This document shows, piece after piece, positions 21,210-33,219 of a DNA stretch of 64,000 bases. The translations under genes and the position numbers were made by a program. Numbering within the stretch: the stretch's first letter is position 1; each line of letters starts with the position of its first letter. Origin of the DNA: Tetramitus jugosus (Eukaryota > Protista > Heterolobosea); the NCBI GenBank assembly GCA_937625935.1, contig OW569345.1:62001-126000 (forward strand), given 5' to 3'. The notes below the pieces were generated by a model that was not told the origin of the DNA, ran no database searches, and saw only the letters and a program-made list of their open reading frames with translations.

Positions 21210-22922
21210 ATGTCGAAAGAAACGAGCACGTCCACACTCAGCAAGGAACAGCAAAGAGTTCTTCAGGTTGCTTTGCGAGGATTCAATGTTTTCATAACGG
21301 GTTCTGCTGGTGTTGGTAAGAGCTTTTTGCTACGAGAAGTGGTTTCTCAGCTGAAACGACAAGGAAAACAAGTCGTTGTTACTGCCTCAACAGGAATAGC
21401 TGCACAAAATGTTCAAGGGAGAACGATTCACAGCTTTAGTGGCATTCAACTTCGACCAAATGGACAAATTGACAAGGCGTCTGCATGGAAGAATAAGGAC
21501 AAATGGAGAAGAACAGATGTTTTGGTCATTGATGAGATTTCAATGCTTGACGCAGATTTCTTTGATGCATTGGAGTCAGTAGCAACTGAAATTCGATGCT
21601 ACCAGCAAATTAGAAATCGTACACCCATAGACCAGCTTTGTCCTTTTGGTGGGATACAATTGATATTGTGTGGCGACTTTCTTCAGTTGCCTCCTGTTGA
21701 TACATCGTCTAACCATTCAAGTAAGAAAATGTGCTTTACTTCAGCTTCATGGGGTAGATGTATTCACTATAGTTTTGAGTTGAAGCAGGTATTTAGACAA
21801 GAGCAAGAAGAATTTGTATCAATATTGAATGAGATTAGATATGGAAGAGTGTCTCCAGAAACGGAACAGAGAATTTTTGCGCTGTCTAGACCTCTGAAAA
21901 ACATAGCAGATGGAATAGAACCAACGAACATTTATGCTAGAAATACTTTAGTTGATCAACAGAACTATAATCAGTTGAGAAAGTTATCAAGCGAGGAAGT
22001 AGTCCTCACCGCTCAGACAGATTACTACTATGATTCTATCAAGTTGCAAACAATTCCTACCGATTCTGTTGACTATAAGATGATCAGAAAGGGTATTGAA
22101 CAAAGCAATATCCAACAAGTTCTTCACTTAAAGGTTGGAGCTCAAGTTATGCTCACACGAAACTATCCAGATGGCACTTTGGTCAATGGTTCTCGGGGAG
22201 TAGTAATAAGGTTCGTTAAAACGGGTGAGTATTTCATGAATGCACCGTTGAACTGTTCAGATTGGTTACAATCCAACGACCTTTTGCCGGTCGTCAGATT
22301 TGAAAACAATCACGAACAAGTAATTGAGCCTGCTACATTCGAAATTTTTGGAACAACAGAAAGCCATTTCGCCAAAACATGTCAAATACCATTGAAACTG
22401 GCCTGGGCCCTTTCCATTCACAAAACTCAAGGTCTGAGCCTGGATTATTGCATAATATCAATGCGAGAAATCTTCGAAAAGGGCCAAGCGTATGTTGCTT
22501 TATCTCGATGTAGATCACTGAATGGTATTCAAATATTGAACTTTGAGCCAAGAAAGGTCAGAGCGGATGAAACAGCATTGCAGTTTTATCACAATCTGGC
22601 ACAATCTGAATTGGATGATGAAGAAATCAATTCTATTGCGCTATTTGGAAGGTCTTATTCTCGGATCAGTAACTCCATGGCACCATCAGACAATCATGAC
22701 GAAAGAAACAGATTGAAGAGAAGCTACCACCAAATATCTGAGAATAGTGATTGGAATAACAAAAAGAAGTACCAACCAAAGCGTCCAAAGGTAGACCATC
22801 CGATAGAAACAACAGTAGCTCAACAATCATTGAAAATGCCCAAGAATCAAAAGTCGGATTCGTTGGCAAATACCACTTTTGCCTCGATGTTTAGATTTAT
22901 TCTGAACAACGCACAGAATTAA
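21210..22922 (+). CDS. PIF1: PIF1-family 5'-3' DNA helicase
   Basis: GSAGVGKS, DEISM, FGGIQLILCGDFLQLPPV, LKVGAQVML, LVNGSRG, PLKLAWALSIHKTQG, GQAYVALSR. Confidence 0.92.
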   Translation: MSKETSTSTLSKEQQRVLQVALRGFNVFITGSAGVGKSFLLREVVSQLKRQGKQVVVTASTGIAAQNVQGRTIHSFSGIQLRPNGQIDKASAWKNKDKWRRTDVLVIDEISMLDADFFDALESVATEIRCYQQIRNRTPIDQLCPFGGIQLILCGDFLQLPPVDTSSNHSSKKMCFTSASWGRCIHYSFELKQVFRQEQEEFVSILNEIRYGRVSPETEQRIFALSRPLKNIADGIEPTNIYARNTLVDQQNYNQLRKLSSEEVVLTAQTDYYYDSIKLQTIPTDSVDYKMIRKGIEQSNIQQVLHLKVGAQVMLTRNYPDGTLVNGSRGVVIRFVKTGEYFMNAPLNCSDWLQSNDLLPVVRFENNHEQVIEPATFEIFGTTESHFAKTCQIPLKLAWALSIHKTQGLSLDYCIISMREIFEKGQAYVALSRCRSLNGIQILNFEPRKVRADETALQFYHNLAQSELDDEEINSIALFGRSYSRISNSMAPSDNHDERNRLKRSYHQISENSDWNNKKKYQPKRPKVDHPIETTVAQQSLKMPKNQKSDSLANTTFASMFRFILNNAQN

Positions 22923-23361
22923 TAATAAACGATGCACAGCACAAATAACTTTTATTGTATTGTACGTTTAGCAACAAATTTGATGATAATGAGCCATCAT
23001 CTCGTTAGTTTCCAGAAGTACGGAGTCTATGGATCTGATTGTGTTTTCGGTGGCAGACAGGGCATGTGTTCAGACAACACGAGCTCAATGTTGGAGTACA
23101 ATGTACAAACCTTTGATGAGTAAATGAATACTGCTCGGTTTCCCATTTCTTTTCCAACTACTCTCGAACAGTCAACTGTCTTGTCACTGTTTTGTAAAAT
23201 CAAGTACGGTTTCAGAAATATCACACCATGGAGTAAAAATACATTGAAACAACTTCAAGCTGTTTCTAGCTCGACCTAGAAGCGCAGTATCAGCGATACA
23301 AACCAGTCAAATCACCCCAGATAGAAAGTAGTTCATTAGTATACATTGACATCACACAAGG

Positions 23362-23721
23362 ATGGTTGAACAAGAGACACAGCACAAGCAAATCTATGCC
23401 AACATTCTCCAGTTGGATGACCATGAGGAAGAGATCGAAAGAGTAGAACCCTTGGTTGACAAACAACAATCGAACCCCTCATTTGAAGGACATGAACGGA
23501 TCGAAGAAGAAGGGTCACCTACATACAACCTGGGACGAAGAGATAGCTTTGCATTGAAGAAGAGCCAGGAGAGTCAAGGCCTGGACAAGAACAACTATCA
23601 AAGCTCAAGCATTCATCCAACAGCGTTCACGCCCTTTGGAACTGCATCTGCGTGGGATCAAATCCATTCGGATGAAAACTTGGTGACACAAGACATATCC
23701 AAAGACTTGTATCCACAATAA
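23362..23721 (+). CDS. Hypothetical small acidic protein
   Basis: 119-aa ATG-initiated ORF filling an intergenic gap; no motif recognised. Confidence 0.45.
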   Translation: MVEQETQHKQIYANILQLDDHEEEIERVEPLVDKQQSNPSFEGHERIEEEGSPTYNLGRRDSFALKKSQESQGLDKNNYQSSSIHPTAFTPFGTASAWDQIHSDENLVTQDISKDLYPQ

Positions 23722-23812
23722 CAAATCAACAACACAAATCCTACTACCTCATAAAGCAAAAGGAATCAAGTATTTCATCATTTCTCTAGTTATTGTTGTT
23801 ATTTTTAATCAA

Positions 23813-24910
23813 TTAGTCATACAGTGCAAAGAGCTGTGTCATATAAATCTTACCACTCGCAGTACGATACACTCCAATACCGCAGTGAGTATGAATAGCC
23901 AACAAATTGGCTCGATGACCAGGTGAATTGATCCACCCATTTACTGCCACCTTTGCTGCATCAACAGTCTCCGTGCTCCACGACAAATTCTCTGCTGCAC
24001 CACTGGATGGTTCAGGATATTTTTGTACACGCTCCGAGAAGCCATCGTGATTGAACGGCGCACGTCCTTCACCCATATTCTTACTGTGCACCTTTCCTAC
24101 TTCAGCAATGGGTTGAGACCACTTGAGAGGTGGTAAATAGTGCTGTGCTCGAAACTCATTGGTCAATTTCAGAGCTTCTCTTCCTAGTCGATCAGCATCG
24201 TACAGTGTGTTTTCAATGGTGTGCACAGAGGACCTAGATGACGATGAATAACTGTTGCCCTCGATTCGATAATTTCTCTCCTGCTGATGTTCAATGTGCA
24301 AATCTCTCATGGTCTTGATGTTTGGTGAGAGCATTCGATTCTGCCTCCTGAGTTTCTCTTGTCTCTGCTTTAATTGATCTCTTATGGTTGTTGTTGTTGT
24401 TGACACATTGGTAGGTTTGTTGTTGGTATTGTTATTGTTGCGATAATGATTGAATGCAGTTCTACTAGTAGTAGTAGTAGCAGTAGCAGTAGTAGTCACA
24501 TTAGTACTATTACTTGCAGTTGTCGAAGTAGTATCAGTCCTAGATGCAGAATCATCTGCTTCTGCTGTTGTTTCGTTCACTATCATAATTACATCACCAT
24601 CATCATCTGAAGATGATAATGCAGTGAGATCTACAGCATCATTGGACAACAGTGACGATGATGTTTTGTTCAACATTTCATCGTCATTGTTCTTTTGTGC
24701 AGAATTTTCATTGTTGTTATTGTTTGTTGTTGTTTGTCTTTTTTCAATGGCTGCCAATAGCTTGTTGCGATCGAGCCCAGTTGCTGGTTGAGGAGAGAGT
24801 CGATTGGATTTTCGAATGGAGTTTGGTTCACTGTTGGAGCGACCAGTTCTTCTCATTCGGTCTCTGTGCAACTGGGCCAATAGTTCATTTTTGTTGTTTG
24901 GTTGCGACAT
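23813..24910 (-). CDS. CAP/SCP-domain protein with a disordered N-terminus
   Basis: LTNEFRAQHYLPPLKW, HSKNM, FNHDGF, AENL, WINSPGHRANLL, GIGV..YMTQLF. Confidence 0.85.
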   Translation of the reverse strand: MSQPNNKNELLAQLHRDRMRRTGRSNSEPNSIRKSNRLSPQPATGLDRNKLLAAIEKRQTTTNNNNNENSAQKNNDDEMLNKTSSSLLSNDAVDLTALSSSDDDGDVIMIVNETTAEADDSASRTDTTSTTASNSTNVTTTATATTTTSRTAFNHYRNNNNTNNKPTNVSTTTTTIRDQLKQRQEKLRRQNRMLSPNIKTMRDLHIEHQQERNYRIEGNSYSSSSRSSVHTIENTLYDADRLGREALKLTNEFRAQHYLPPLKWSQPIAEVGKVHSKNMGEGRAPFNHDGFSERVQKYPEPSSGAAENLSWSTETVDAAKVAVNGWINSPGHRANLLAIHTHCGIGVYRTASGKIYMTQLFALYD

Positions 24911-25066
24911 TGTTTTGCTTTGTCTGCTTTTTTGAATGTGTCAAAAGAATTCTGGAAGCGATCGCATGGAAAAGCTTTGAGTTGTTTGAACTGGCGTGCA
25001 CGAACTAATCAGTGCGGACAAACATCAAAAACATAGATCCGCAATTACCACAACAACGCAGAAAAA

Positions 25067-25785
25067 ATGACCGAACAGTCAGTTGAGTTGCAGACCAAGG
25101 CGCCTGTTCCTTTCAGGTTGACAATCACTGGTGAATCCTCTGTTGGTAAATCTAGCTTGATCCTGCGGTATGTCCGTAATCAATTCCAGGAGTTTCTAGA
25201 ACCAACGATCGGTGCTTCTTTTCTGACTCATACCGTTCCGCTAGACGAAGGGTATGTATGTTTAAATGACAATGCATCCGTATACATCATTTCATTGTCT
25301 CGACGCTCCGAATCACATTCTTACACAAAATGAAATTGCCCAGACCTAGTATCGTCAAATTTGAGATCTGGGATGTAGCAGGAAATGAAAGGTACAGAAG
25401 TTTAGCTCCGGTCACATATAGACGTTCTGATGCTGCCATTGTAGTCTATGACATTACTGATTATAATTCATTTTCGAGAGCGAAAGGAAAGGTCAAGGAA
25501 TTGCAAGTTCAGTTCCCCTCAATTGTGATTGCTCTGGCTGGGAACAAACAAGATTTGGATGACAGGCGAAAAGTGGACACAGCTGAGGCTCGGGCCTATG
25601 CAGACGAGAATGGAATTCTCTTTACAGAAACATCAGCCAAAACAGCACACAATGTCGCTGAAGTGTTTGCAGACATTGCAAAACAATTGCTGAAGGATCA
25701 CAAAGGAGGCCATGAATTAGAAGGAATTAATGTTATGCCAAAGGCAGCTGAAGGCGGAGGAGGTAAGAACATTAGGTGTTGTTGA
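25067..25785 (+). CDS. Divergent Rab5/Rab22-family GTPase (intron 25252-25349, alternative acceptor 25343)
   Basis: [46 protein letters not shown] and a C-terminal CC prenylation motif. Confidence 0.88.
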
Positions 25786-25879
25786 TTTATCATCCATAAA
25801 TCCTTCCACTCTGTTGTATTGTACATGAATCATCGAATAAATTGTTTACTTGTTTATTGTCAAGTTCCAAAAGTACGAC

Positions 25880-27093
25880 TTATCTCTCCGCTGGTAATTG
25901 AGCATTCATGGTGGATGTGCATTTCCAGGCTCCTCCAATCCAGGAGAATAGTCTGACCATTCCGTCATCACCACTCGTTGCCAACACTGTTCCCGTAATG
26001 TTCCACTCCACTTTCCACACTTCTGCCTTGTGATCATCGAGCACCCATCTCTCTATCAGTTCATAATTGTTTGCCTCAGTCTTGATCTTCCATATTTGTG
26101 CAGTTCCATCCTTGGACGCACTGGCAATCAAGTGATAGGATCGACCCATGTTCGGTGCCCATGACACATCGTTCACTGCTTGTTTGTGCTCCCCTAATGA
26201 AAGACACATTCTCCAGTGTCGTTCCTTGATGTGATAAATGTTTACAGAGTTGCCTTCTCCGAGAACGAGTGCTGGTCCTTCCAATCTCGATGGATTCCAT
26301 GACAAACATCGAGCCACTGTTCCCTTCTTTGACAAATCAATCTCTTGATTCACTGTCCAATACGACAGATTCATCACATCAGGTGCCTCATAAATTCTCA
26401 CGTGCTTATCCAGAGAACTCGTTGCCAATTTCAATCCGTGATGCTTTGGCGCAAATTTTATATCAACAATCGCCTGTGGTGAATCGACAAGTGTTGATTT
26501 CAGTGTCCATTTGAGCTTGCGTTTCGATGATGATGAAGATGAAGATGAAGAGGTGGATGACGGAGTGTTTGCAGATGTTGTTAAATGACTGTCACCTGTA
26601 GTTGATGAAGATGATGAATGTTGTTGTTGTTGTTGTTGCTTCTCATCCAGTGTTTCCTCCCATATATTGCATGTGTGATCTTCGGAGCATGAGGCCAACA
26701 CTTGACCAAATTCTGGATGGGCCCATTGGACCTTGAGAACAGGTCCGTTGTGAGCCTTCCAATCATAGGTACACTGCCATCCACCATGTTGAGTGTCCCA
26801 TACGCGAATACTGTTATCAGAAGAGCAAGTGGCCATTCGTTTGCCATAAAAATCATATTGTACATCATGAATAAAGTAATTATGATTGGCTGAGAAACAA
26901 ACTCTCTGAGATGATGATGATGATGTCATTTTTGATATCAAATTTGTTTTCAATTTTGATGATAAAAGTGTTAGCTCATGGTTGTTTGGGGGGTGTGATC
27001 AATGTTGGTTCGCATAATGACACATACTGTTGAATCTTCTGATGCGGATTGTTGTTGTTGTTGTTGATGAGATGAGCGTTGTGGGGAATTCAT
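25880..27093 (-). CDS. SEH1: Nucleoporin/GATOR2 subunit Seh1 (WD40); 2 exons, intron 27027-26906
   Basis: HDVQYDFYGKRMATCSSD, WAHPEFGQVLASCS, FAPKHHGLKLA, WAPNMGRSYHLIA, WNITGTVLATSGDDG. The 22-codon first exon has a GTATGT donor, a GCTAAC branch point and an in-frame first AG. Confidence 0.9.
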
Positions 27094-27277
27094 TGTTCTC
27101 TCGTTCTCAATTCGTTCAATTTGTTTGTCTTGTGCTTTTTTTTCATTGTCGCAGTATTGAAGATTTTCTGCGCACACCCGACAAATTGTAAGCAGCGGCA
27201 TTTTTTTTCTTTTCCACAACAAGGCCATCCACGCAAATATCAACAAAAGCAATAGTCGTCGTATATTCACCGTCATC

Positions 27278-28606
27278 ATGTTTCGAACCACATTGAGCAC
27301 AACACAAAGGAGAATCACAAAGATCCACAATCATGGAAACAAACTCTGTGTTGCGTCATCATCTTCACAACTACCAGCCACAACACAACCAATCATAATG
27401 ATGATGAGAAACACATATCACACAACATCCATCCAATTCCATTGCCATCCACGCACCTCTTCATCTCACCATCTTCACAGCAACACTTGTTCTATTTATC
27501 ATCATCATCCACAAACTACAAAACGCAATTATCACTTGCATTCCACTCTATCTCAACAACAACAAAAAGAACAACAACAGGGAAAAGAAGAAGAACAGGA
27601 AGAATTTGTTGATGAAGACCATTCCAACAATACATTATTGGAAGAACAAGATGCGAAGGAATCCATGTCAGAAACTGAAATTCAAAAAAATCAATACTTG
27701 GATCACTTTAGTCGACTAAAGAAACTGATTTTTAAGTTTGAACAAATTGTGGAAGATGAAAAAAATAATGGTATTGGTGAAGTGATAACGGAGACACCCA
27801 TGCAAGACAAGGAAGCACTCATGAAGTCAGTGGTTGATGAATTGAAGAAAATGGTTTATTCGTTGGAGAAGATGGTGTTTATTGAGGCTGCACATTTGTT
27901 GACTGCTGAGAGTGAAGACGATGTTGTGATCGAGTCGATTGATAATAGAGAAGATGAGTGGAACAAGGACTTGTTTGAGAATGATGACGAAGCAGAAGAA
28001 GAAGAAGAAGGCGAAGATGATGAAAGTTCTGCCGTGTCATCATCATCAAAGAACAATAGTAAGAACAAGAAGCGATACAGTCAAGCAGATGTGTTCATGG
28101 ACGAACAAGTTGAAGATGATACACAAGAGGCGTTTGATGAGTCGTTTACGCCTATCGATTCAGCTCTCTACAATCAATTGATTCAAGTATTGCAATACAT
28201 TGGTTCTTCCATGGAGAGAGGAGAAGTCGCATGTAGTCTTCTCACAAAAATATATGAGTTGATGACTCGTTTGGCCAATGAATATGCAAATGCACCTGCT
28301 GAACTGTTCAAGCAGCCATTCTTCAAGGACAATGCAATGATCCGATTGAATACCGACATGTTCAACCAATTGTTAAAGTCCTATGCACTTCATGGATCGA
28401 ATCAAAATGTGGTCATTGTGCTCCAAGACATGAAGGAGAGAGAAATTAAGGCCAATGCTCACACGTATCATGGATTGATACAACTGGCCATGTATCATGG
28501 CGATTATGTGCGTGCAACAAAGATTTTGGAGTACGCTAGGCAGTGTGGCTTTGAACCACTACCAGAGACTCTGGCTCTCTTCAATGAAGAACAAGAGGAC
28601 TTTTAG
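27278..28606 (+). CDS. Mitochondrial pentatricopeptide-repeat protein
   Basis: Presequence-like N-terminus; two C-terminal PPR motifs (MFNQLLKSYALHG..LQDMKEREIKAN, TYHGLIQLAMYHG..GFEP). Confidence 0.75.
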   Translation: MFRTTLSTTQRRITKIHNHGNKLCVASSSSQLPATTQPIIMMMRNTYHTTSIQFHCHPRTSSSHHLHSNTCSIYHHHPQTTKRNYHLHSTLSQQQQKEQQQGKEEEQEEFVDEDHSNNTLLEEQDAKESMSETEIQKNQYLDHFSRLKKLIFKFEQIVEDEKNNGIGEVITETPMQDKEALMKSVVDELKKMVYSLEKMVFIEAAHLLTAESEDDVVIESIDNREDEWNKDLFENDDEAEEEEEGEDDESSAVSSSSKNNSKNKKRYSQADVFMDEQVEDDTQEAFDESFTPIDSALYNQLIQVLQYIGSSMERGEVACSLLTKIYELMTRLANEYANAPAELFKQPFFKDNAMIRLNTDMFNQLLKSYALHGSNQNVVIVLQDMKEREIKANAHTYHGLIQLAMYHGDYVRATKILEYARQCGFEPLPETLALFNEEQEDF

Positions 28607-29023
28607 AATCACGACCAACAACTAGTAAACACTTTTGTTCTCTCCATTTTGTGTTCCGATTCCAGCGCTCCCAAGACACCCGGGATCAAGAATTTACAGT
28701 TGCCTAAACGGTTTGCCCAAGGAAATCTTGTGCAAGCTAGCGAGAATGCCAGGTGATTGTGCTTTTGGTACATCCGTAACAAGTATAATCAAAGAGCTGA
28801 ATGATGCGAGAGCAGGCTGTACATTGATGGTGTCTGGAATAACTGCCAGTAAGCTCCATTTGCCAAACACCATGGCGAAGGCAAGCATCGGAATTCAAAG
28901 TTCGCGCACCGGCTTGAATTTTTGTGAGAACAACCCCTCTCAACCATCAAAAATTCAACACAAACAATAGACAAAAAACGACTTCACAGTGCATAGTTCA
29001 AGATCATATTAAATGAAAACAAG

Positions 29024-31187
29024 ATGAGTAAAAATCGAACCGCTTCCACTTCAACCATTCCCTCATTAAACCTGTCTCAGATTCAATTATTGGACAGGCA
29101 CAAGTATGCTCACTGTGCCATGTTTATCAGAATGAAGTGCGAGGAAGATGAAGAATATGTGAGTATTCCCGTGTTTGAAACTCTGTAGTGCGTGATGCGT
29201 TCGTGATGTTGTTTTGAAGATTGACACTTTTTTTTCTTCCACTTGAATTGTTGTTGATTTTGTGTTGTTGTCAATTGGTTTATTGCTCTTATGTTGATTT
29301 ATGTCTATCGTCACTTGATGATCAAAAGCTCATGTACATGTATCCTAGTCTTGCAAGCTCCAACATTCACGCGAAATCTATGGAACAGCTCAAAGGAGTT
29401 TTTCATGCCGCTTATGGCGGTTCAGTAGATGTCATGGAATCTCCGCTCGCTTTTCTGCACTTGATTCCGTCGACGGGAAATAGCTCAGCAGGACCTGATC
29501 GAAACAGTGCTTCTTCGAGTGCATCTCCTCACATGTTTACATTGCATGATCTACCATCTCCTTCATCGAGTCAAGGCTCACCTTCCTCAAAATCGAAATC
29601 ATTATCCCACGAGAATCAATACAATAGTATAAAGGCGAGTATTGAACGTTTGAGATTAGAGCTAAAAAAGAAGCAGCAGTTAGTGGTGACATACAGGTTG
29701 ATTCATGAGGATTTGATGTTTATATTGGTGTTGCCTCATTTGCACGAGTTGTTTATGGCCAATTATATGGAGTCGCTGTATGGATTGCTCAAATTTTCGT
29801 TTGATTCGATCGATTCTGTGGTGTTTGATCCACATGCTCATGCAGATTTGGATGCTCTGTTTCAACGATTCTTTGACAATGTTTTGCGACCTTCTCAGCA
29901 TACACTGCGATTCATGGATACGTTTTCATCTGTACGTACTTACTTGTATTGACTATATTTATGTTTGATGCTTGCCGTTATTGTTTCTCAGCCAGCACTA
30001 AACCAGCTTATTATTCTACTCATATATTTAGTCTATACCGAGCTTACAATGTCCACTGTCCCTCTCTCAACTCATTGACAATGAGTTAAACTTGCTGGAG
30101 GCCAATTTCCATTCCAAGGATCTGATGAAAACACCTCACATTTGCTTCATTTTGGGCACATGCTTACTGCATGCTGGTCTCTTACTATCATCTCATCTGA
30201 CTCCAAAACTGACAAAGAAGGTTGTGTCATTTGTTCAAGCAATGAATCATTTACAGAGAAAAGCAGACAGCCCTGAAATTATAACTGTACATGAGATATT
30301 TTATAAGGAGAAGACGAATCCATTTGGCTTAGTGAAGCCAAAGTCTGATGGTGCAACGATACAAAAGAAAAAGTATCTTCTCGTTGTCCTATGTCAAGGC
30401 AATCAGGTACTGTGTAACGTGCTTTCTCCTAGAGAGCATGCACTCAAGTATGTACAGATTTGTTATGTGTTATTGTTGGATGAATTGGTTGATTAATCTT
30501 TTTTGGTTCGTGTACAGTCAACAGGATCCATTCACCACAAATGAAATGAGGCTCTGTCTTCAACGAATGCACGCCAACAATGTATTCCGCATGGTAGATC
30601 AGTGCATGGCAAGACGTAACCCACCACTGGCTGACCCCTCGTCATTCCTCGTGAAACCCAAGCCGAACAAACCGATCAAGTCTATGCCACACACGCTGAC
30701 CATTGATCAATCCAGTTTGGAAATCTTGTCGAGTGCCACAACTGGTCCCTACAATGTCCTGTTCAACTATGTCATTCACTCCCAGGCTCAAGGCACTCTC
30801 TTGTTTCCTATCTCACTGACTGATAATCTGTCCCGAATCGAGCCCATCTTCATAAAGTACTGTGGCATCATACGCCAAACACTCATGCTGCGAAGACAGA
30901 GTGAATACCTGGTGGATGAAGATTTTACGAAACCAGAGAGAATGAGTCACGCCGCTGAGCGACCCATTCTCATGGAAGGAACAGAACCGATTGTCGAGTA
31001 CGGGATACATGTCGAAGATTCAGAGAGCTTTGCACCCCATACGATCAAATACTGGGTGGTAGGAGCCATGCTGCCAATCTCATCCTCCACTTATGGTGAC
31101 TTGACCGAAATTTACATTTGCTACGAGGACTCTATTCCTCAAAACATTGTTGATATTGCCTATCGGATGGCTACCTCCATCTTGTAA
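29024..31187 (+). CDS. INTU: Inturned (CPLANE tri-longin protein); introns 29159-29328, 29932-30031, 30448-30517
   Basis: LMYMYP..EQLKGVF, TTGPYNVLFNYV..QGTLLFP and YWVVG..EIYICYEDSIPQNIVDIAYRM match Inturned longin domains. The splice model joins the ORF pieces in frame. Confidence 0.75.
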
Positions 31188-31346
31188 ATACACAACCCTC
31201 CATTATTTATTTTCATTGCCATTCCCTACCTTCTTGTGATGCTTGGACGACACAAACTCGATATCCTTTGTATCCTCCCATCCACCAAAGCAATCCTCCG
31301 ACCAACTCTGAGACAAAAAATCAAACGACAACAAAAAGAGAGATCA

Positions 31347-33047
31347 ATGTCATCATCAACACCATCTCCCACTGGACGCAAATCAGCCCAGGTTCGTCTG
31401 TTCCAATCATCACCAACATCTCCAGCAACATCAACGGGTGATGCATCAAGTAGCAGTGGAAAGTCATCATCATCACAACAACAGCAACAGCAACAAGTGA
31501 AGAACAAGAAAAAGAGTAACATGTCTGCCTTTTTTGCTACACCACCATCACAACAACCAAAGCATCATCACCATCATCATCAACACTCAAAAGCATCATC
31601 ATCGTCTTCTACTCCCACTATTATTCCCAAGATTATGAGAGCACCATCATCTGTATCATCCACATCATCTACAGTTGCATCAACGACAACAACAACAACA
31701 GCACAACCATTATTATTATCATCAAATGAAAATCAAAATGCATTGACGGCTTCATCACGCTCTCAATCATCAAAGAGTCCTCATCAACGCATCAGTCATA
31801 CGTCTGTTTCTCCCTCTAGGAATCGTATCATGATGTCCGTGGATACCACAGCTACTACTACTACTACTATGACAACAACAACAAGTGGTGATGCGCAACA
31901 ATCCAATGTGACCACAACATCACCAATGACCAAAATGCTATTACGAAGAGAAGCAACGACACCAACACCAACAATAACTACACCTTCAACAACAAGTGCA
32001 AATGTAACACCAGATCGATCCTCAAAAGTGAATCGTGCATTATTTACTACTGCTTCTACTAGTACACCTACCATTCATCGAACGAGTAGTAGTAGTGGTA
32101 GTAGTAGTAGCAGTGGAGGGAATGCTGCTATTGATTTCATGACCAAGAATCACGAATTGAACTTGGATCGCGTGTCTCAACTATTGACCAACGTGACTGG
32201 TGCAAAGAAATCAGAGTCAAACAACTTGTTGCTCGTCAATGAGTTCCACGTTGTTGCTGTCATGGGTGGAAGAGCAACTGGAAAGAGTACATTGGCCAAT
32301 ATGATTGCCAATGTGACAACGGTGGACGGTGCGATGGATGATCGGAGAGAGCTCCATGGTCCGTTTGAAATGAGTGGTGCACATGAGCTCATTACGTGCG
32401 AGCGAAAGACGCGAGGAATTCAATTGTATGTGTCAAGTGATCGTGTGCTTGTGCTGGACTGTGAGGCACTGTTTATGGATGGTACGGGTACTGGTGGCAG
32501 TGGAAGTGGTGGTGCAGGTGGTGGATTGGAGCATCATGCAATGGAATCGGAGATGATGAGTCTTCAGTTGGGTCTGTTCCTGTACAGTGTGTGTCACGTG
32601 ATTGTGATTCCCTATTTGGAGTCATCTCTGGACGCGCATATGCTTCGTTTTGTGAGAACGCTCGATAATTTGAAGAAGGGAATTCCGGATCTGTATCAAT
32701 CCGCTGGTCCACGCATACTGTTCACTGCGAATGATGTCATATCTCATCAACAAGGTGGCAAGCAACAACAACAACAATTGCTGTTGAGTCCAGTGGATCG
32801 ATTGTTGCCTTCTCATCGCATGTTGACAGAGTTGCACGGTTATGATGTCTGTGTCGTTCCTCATGATCCATCCAGCGAAGACAAGAAACTTTTCAGGGAT
32901 AAGGTATTCAGGGAAATTGATCGCCGGTTCAGAGGAAGTGAAGTTGAATGGCTGCACGCCTGTGCTAAGAATTGGGAAGTCATACGCAAGAATTACTTCC
33001 TATCAGAGTACACCAGAACCGTACAGCGAATCTACATCTCGACATAG
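31347..33047 (+). CDS. SMG9: Nonsense-mediated decay factor SMG9
   Basis: Disordered N-terminus; P-loop VVAVMGGRATGKSTL; TRGIQLYVSSDRVLVLD, EMMSLQLGLFLYSVCHV, SEVEWL..WEVIRK..LSEY. Confidence 0.82.
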   Translation: MSSSTPSPTGRKSAQVRLFQSSPTSPATSTGDASSSSGKSSSSQQQQQQQVKNKKKSNMSAFFATPPSQQPKHHHHHHQHSKASSSSSTPTIIPKIMRAPSSVSSTSSTVASTTTTTTAQPLLLSSNENQNALTASSRSQSSKSPHQRISHTSVSPSRNRIMMSVDTTATTTTTMTTTTSGDAQQSNVTTTSPMTKMLLRREATTPTPTITTPSTTSANVTPDRSSKVNRALFTTASTSTPTIHRTSSSSGSSSSSGGNAAIDFMTKNHELNLDRVSQLLTNVTGAKKSESNNLLLVNEFHVVAVMGGRATGKSTLANMIANVTTVDGAMDDRRELHGPFEMSGAHELITCERKTRGIQLYVSSDRVLVLDCEALFMDGTGTGGSGSGGAGGGLEHHAMESEMMSLQLGLFLYSVCHVIVIPYLESSLDAHMLRFVRTLDNLKKGIPDLYQSAGPRILFTANDVISHQQGGKQQQQQLLLSPVDRLLPSHRMLTELHGYDVCVVPHDPSSEDKKLFRDKVFREIDRRFRGSEVEWLHACAKNWEVIRKNYFLSEYTRTVQRIYIST

Positions 33048-33219
33048 TCGTTCTGATGAAGAAGAGAAGAAACAGTTGTCGGTCGTCGGAGTATTCACCA
33101 GAATGCTGTACAGCGGCATGAAACAATGCTACAATGACGCTCACCAGTAAACACCCCAAAATTTTGTTCCTACTCTCGATCATCAGAACAACCCAAGCCA
33201 AATCAGAAAGAGGACAAGA

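Noticed and set aside
21210-22922. PIF1 as part of a Helitron
   Set aside because: No HUH Rep domain or Helitron termini; it looks like an ordinary cellular Pif1 between host genes.
22932-23224. Short ORFs between PIF1 and the 119-aa gene
   Set aside because: Under 70 aa, with no motifs and no convincing splice model.
28635-28970. 111-aa ORF, or an snRNA (Sm-like AATTTTTG plus a small hairpin near 28917-28942)
   Set aside because: The ORF starts at TTG and has no motif, and I saw no U1/U2/U4/U5 signature. Treated as the INTU upstream region.
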